IMG/VR virus record: IMGVR_UViG_3300015050_000645
Location: 1 to 26,691 of that record
DNA: 26,691 nucleotides
Strand: one strand, 5' to 3'
Source: a virus
Taxonomy: Duplodnaviria; Caudoviricetes
Position 1 is the stretch's first letter, and every line of letters starts with the position of its first letter. Below the pieces are notes generated by a model. It was not told the origin of the DNA and searched no databases. It saw only the letters and a program-made list of their open reading frames with translations. This document shows positions 24,522 to 26,691 of this stretch, in pieces. The position numbers and the translations under genes are program-made.

Positions 24522-24962
24522 TTAATGCGTTTTCAGGAAATCCAGGTACGGGCGGCGGATCGCCTGATGGAAGTAGTTGGCAGCCGCCTCGTCGTGGTCC
24601 AAATCCGCTCGACTCCCGACGCCGCAAATACTCCGGGCCCACTTGGCGGCTTCTTTTTCGTTGGCCACGCGCTCTGCGGAGACAGTCGCAATCCACAGCC
24701 AAAACTTCGGGTCAGCGCAAAATGTCCCGGCCATGCGCGCCAAGTCACCACCCTTGGGCTTGTCCACGGGCTGCTCGTCATCCCCAATCTCCACCAGCGC
24801 AGCCATGAACCTATGACCCGCCGTGTTGCCCTTGCGCACAGTCAGCGCACGGAATGCCTCAAGCTCATCCGGCGATGACAGCCAGAACGTGACCTTGCAG
24901 CCGCTTGTGTGTGATTCGGACCAGCCTGCAAGCTGGATTTCTCCGGTGAATGTCGGTGTCAT
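24522..24962 (-). CDS. Hypothetical phage protein
   Basis: ATGA-coupled; CGVGSRADLD motif. Confidence 0.75.
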   Translation of the reverse strand: MTPTFTGEIQLAGWSESHTSGCKVTFWLSSPDELEAFRALTVRKGNTAGHRFMAALVEIGDDEQPVDKPKGGDLARMAGTFCADPKFWLWIATVSAERVANEKEAAKWARSICGVGSRADLDHDEAAANYFHQAIRRPYLDFLKTH

Positions 24963-25291
24963 GCGTATGTCTCCAATTCAGGTAAAGGCACCTTCGCAGG
25001 CCAGCGGCCAAGTGCGACAAGGGATTGCACAGTCTTGCAATGGCAGGCCTCCCAAAGCGCCTCCCGCTCATCCCGGCTCATGTGCGCTCCTTGGTCAAGG
25101 TCGGAGTGGCAGCAATGGCACAGGCTGGCGATGTAAATGTCCGACGCCTTGATGGACCGGCCTTTTCCGTGCTTTGCCTGGTTGGAATGCGCACCGCATA
25201 CCGTGCCGTCATCCCGTCCGCAGTTCGTGCAGGGGATGGTCCGGGCGGCTTTCATCAGCGCGGGGCTGCGGATGTAGGTGAACTTCATCAT
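24959..25291 (-). CDS. Zinc-binding putative nuclease (DUF1364/YbcO-like)
   Basis: CTNC...AHSN...GKGRSIKASD...CHCCH. Confidence 0.75.
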   Translation of the reverse strand: MMKFTYIRSPALMKAARTIPCTNCGRDDGTVCGAHSNQAKHGKGRSIKASDIYIASLCHCCHSDLDQGAHMSRDEREALWEACHCKTVQSLVALGRWPAKVPLPELETYA

Positions 25292-25566
25292 TTGACGCAT
25301 CCAATAGCCCGTAACGCAGCCTCCGGTCCGTCCACAATCGCCCACGGGTAGCCAGCCCAGCGCTTGAAGAACTTTTCCTGCGCCTTGGTCGGCTTCTGTG
25401 CGCTTTTGACCTTTGCGCCGTCCTTCACCTCAAGCAGCAGGAACTGACCGCGAATGCCGACAAGCAGATCCAACGGCTTGCCGACAACCTCAACCGTCGC
25501 GCCGGCCGCTTCCAGGGCACTGATTACCGCCGCCTGGTTGGCGTCAACACGCAGCGCGTACCTCAT
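25288..25566 (-). CDS. PD-(D/E)xK nuclease (VRR-NUC/resolvase-like)
   Basis: RVDANQ, DLLVG, LLEVKDG motifs. Confidence 0.8.
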   Translation of the reverse strand: MRYALRVDANQAAVISALEAAGATVEVVGKPLDLLVGIRGQFLLLEVKDGAKVKSAQKPTKAQEKFFKRWAGYPWAIVDGPEAALRAIGCVK

Positions 25567-25721
25567 CCCGCCACCTTCGCCACGTAGTGGGGGCAATCAC
25601 GCTCGAACGTCGGGCTAAACGATTCGTAGCGTGGAGCCTTTGCGCAGGCAGTGAAGCCTGGGGAGATTGGTACTCCTAGGCCGTGGTCGGGGCGCTGGTT
25701 TGCGCACTGGTTGCAGGTCAT
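25563..25721 (-). CDS. 52-aa four-Cys protein (not in the ORF track)
   Basis: MTCNQC...C...CPHY; ATGA overlaps at both ends. Confidence 0.7.
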   Translation of the reverse strand: MTCNQCANQRPDHGLGVPISPGFTACAKAPRYESFSPTFERDCPHYVAKVAG

Positions 25722-26680
25722 GAGCCCTCCGGATAGAAAAAGCGCATCGGCTCAAGGTTGTGCCCGGCGAGGAATTGATTGCTGGCCTTGTGGAAATACA
25801 GGCCAATATTTCCCTCCCACCCCTCGCCGTTGCGCTGCTTGTCCACAATCAGGAGCGTGTCCGGCTCCGTGATTGGCACAGCCTTGCCGTCCTGAATCTT
25901 TCGCTCTTTTTCCTTGTTCCTCCAAACCGCGATCACGTTGTCCGGCTGGTCGGTAATGGCCCCGGTGCCCTTGAAGTCGTATTTGGTTGGGCGGGCGTTT
26001 TCAGTTGTCGGCTTTTTGATGTGGTGGACAAGGTGAATGTGGATGTTGGAATCCCTTGCGATTGAGCAAAGCTCATCCACAAAAGCCTTCTGTCCGTTGA
26101 AGTCGTCTTCCCCGGCTACGCACTTTCCCAGGTTGTCCACAAAGAAATGTGAAACGCTTAGCTCTTTGGCTGCATACCGGGCTACGGCGCAAACCTGCCG
26201 CCATTGCACAGTTCCCTGCTGGTCGTAAAGCCAGATCTTGTCGTCTGTCCAGTCCCGGAACTGCTCGTATTCGTCAACCAGGATGCGGCGCGCCTCGGGG
26301 TTGGACAGCAGGAAGTCATCGCCCAGGCTCATGGAAGTCCACTGCCGGCCCATGCGCTCCATAGTCTTCATGGGCTTCATTTCAAAACTGGCAATGCACA
26401 CCCGCTCGTTCTGCGCTGCCAATGAAAGCGCCACCTGTCCGGTAACAAGGCTTTTTCCGCTGCCGTTCGGACCACCCCACACCGTCACCTCACCGGGCCG
26501 GAACTGGATCAAGTCGCGGGTTTTTTCCCACGGCATGAAAACCCGTTTTTCCTTGTTTGGGGTGTTCATGCGGTCCAGCAGGGCCTGCACGTAGACCGAC
26601 GCGGCTTTTACTTTTTGCTGGTGGTCGGTGACATGCTCGTACAGAGCAAAATCAATGTCATCGCTCGTAATCACTGGCAT
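25718..26680 (-). CDS. Replicative SF4 helicase (DnaB/T7 gp4-like)
   Basis: Walker A GPNGSGKS, SFEM, FVDNL, HLVHH, KGTGAITD, KQRNG. Confidence 0.92.
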   Translation of the reverse strand: MPVITSDDIDFALYEHVTDHQQKVKAASVYVQALLDRMNTPNKEKRVFMPWEKTRDLIQFRPGEVTVWGGPNGSGKSLVTGQVALSLAAQNERVCIASFEMKPMKTMERMGRQWTSMSLGDDFLLSNPEARRILVDEYEQFRDWTDDKIWLYDQQGTVQWRQVCAVARYAAKELSVSHFFVDNLGKCVAGEDDFNGQKAFVDELCSIARDSNIHIHLVHHIKKPTTENARPTKYDFKGTGAITDQPDNVIAVWRNKEKERKIQDGKAVPITEPDTLLIVDKQRNGEGWEGNIGLYFHKASNQFLAGHNLEPMRFFYPEGS

Positions 26681-26691
26681 AGCGCCTCCAG

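Overview
About 26.7 kb of a temperate, short-tailed (P22/N4-gp56-capsid-like) proteobacterial phage. The left end holds the 3' part of a tyrosine integrase, a small gene and a 50-bp tRNA-Asp(GTC) 3' fragment. Repeated TATTCCAAAGT motifs flank that fragment on both sides, which is the layout of an intact attP, so the DNA is probably excised or free phage rather than a prophage junction. Three + strand accessory genes follow. The rest is one long minus-strand block. Read right to left, it contains a replicative helicase, nin-like small genes, an SPFH gene split by an in-frame TAG, a Q-like regulator and a sigma70 late promoter. A highly structured leader follows, then terS/terL, portal, scaffold, major capsid, head-tail proteins, an HNH endonuclease, a cupin, three ejection proteins, a tail fibre and the lysis genes. 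Several + strand morons interrupt this block: a class I SAM methyltransferase and two unannotated membrane micro-proteins. The most unusual signals are RNA-level: a ~150-nt multibranch RNA before terS, a D-arm-less tRNA-Cys-like element in the late leader, and tandem pseudoknot-like repeats interlocked with a terminator before the scaffold gene. All calls come from motif recognition and gene order by eye; no database search or folding program was run.
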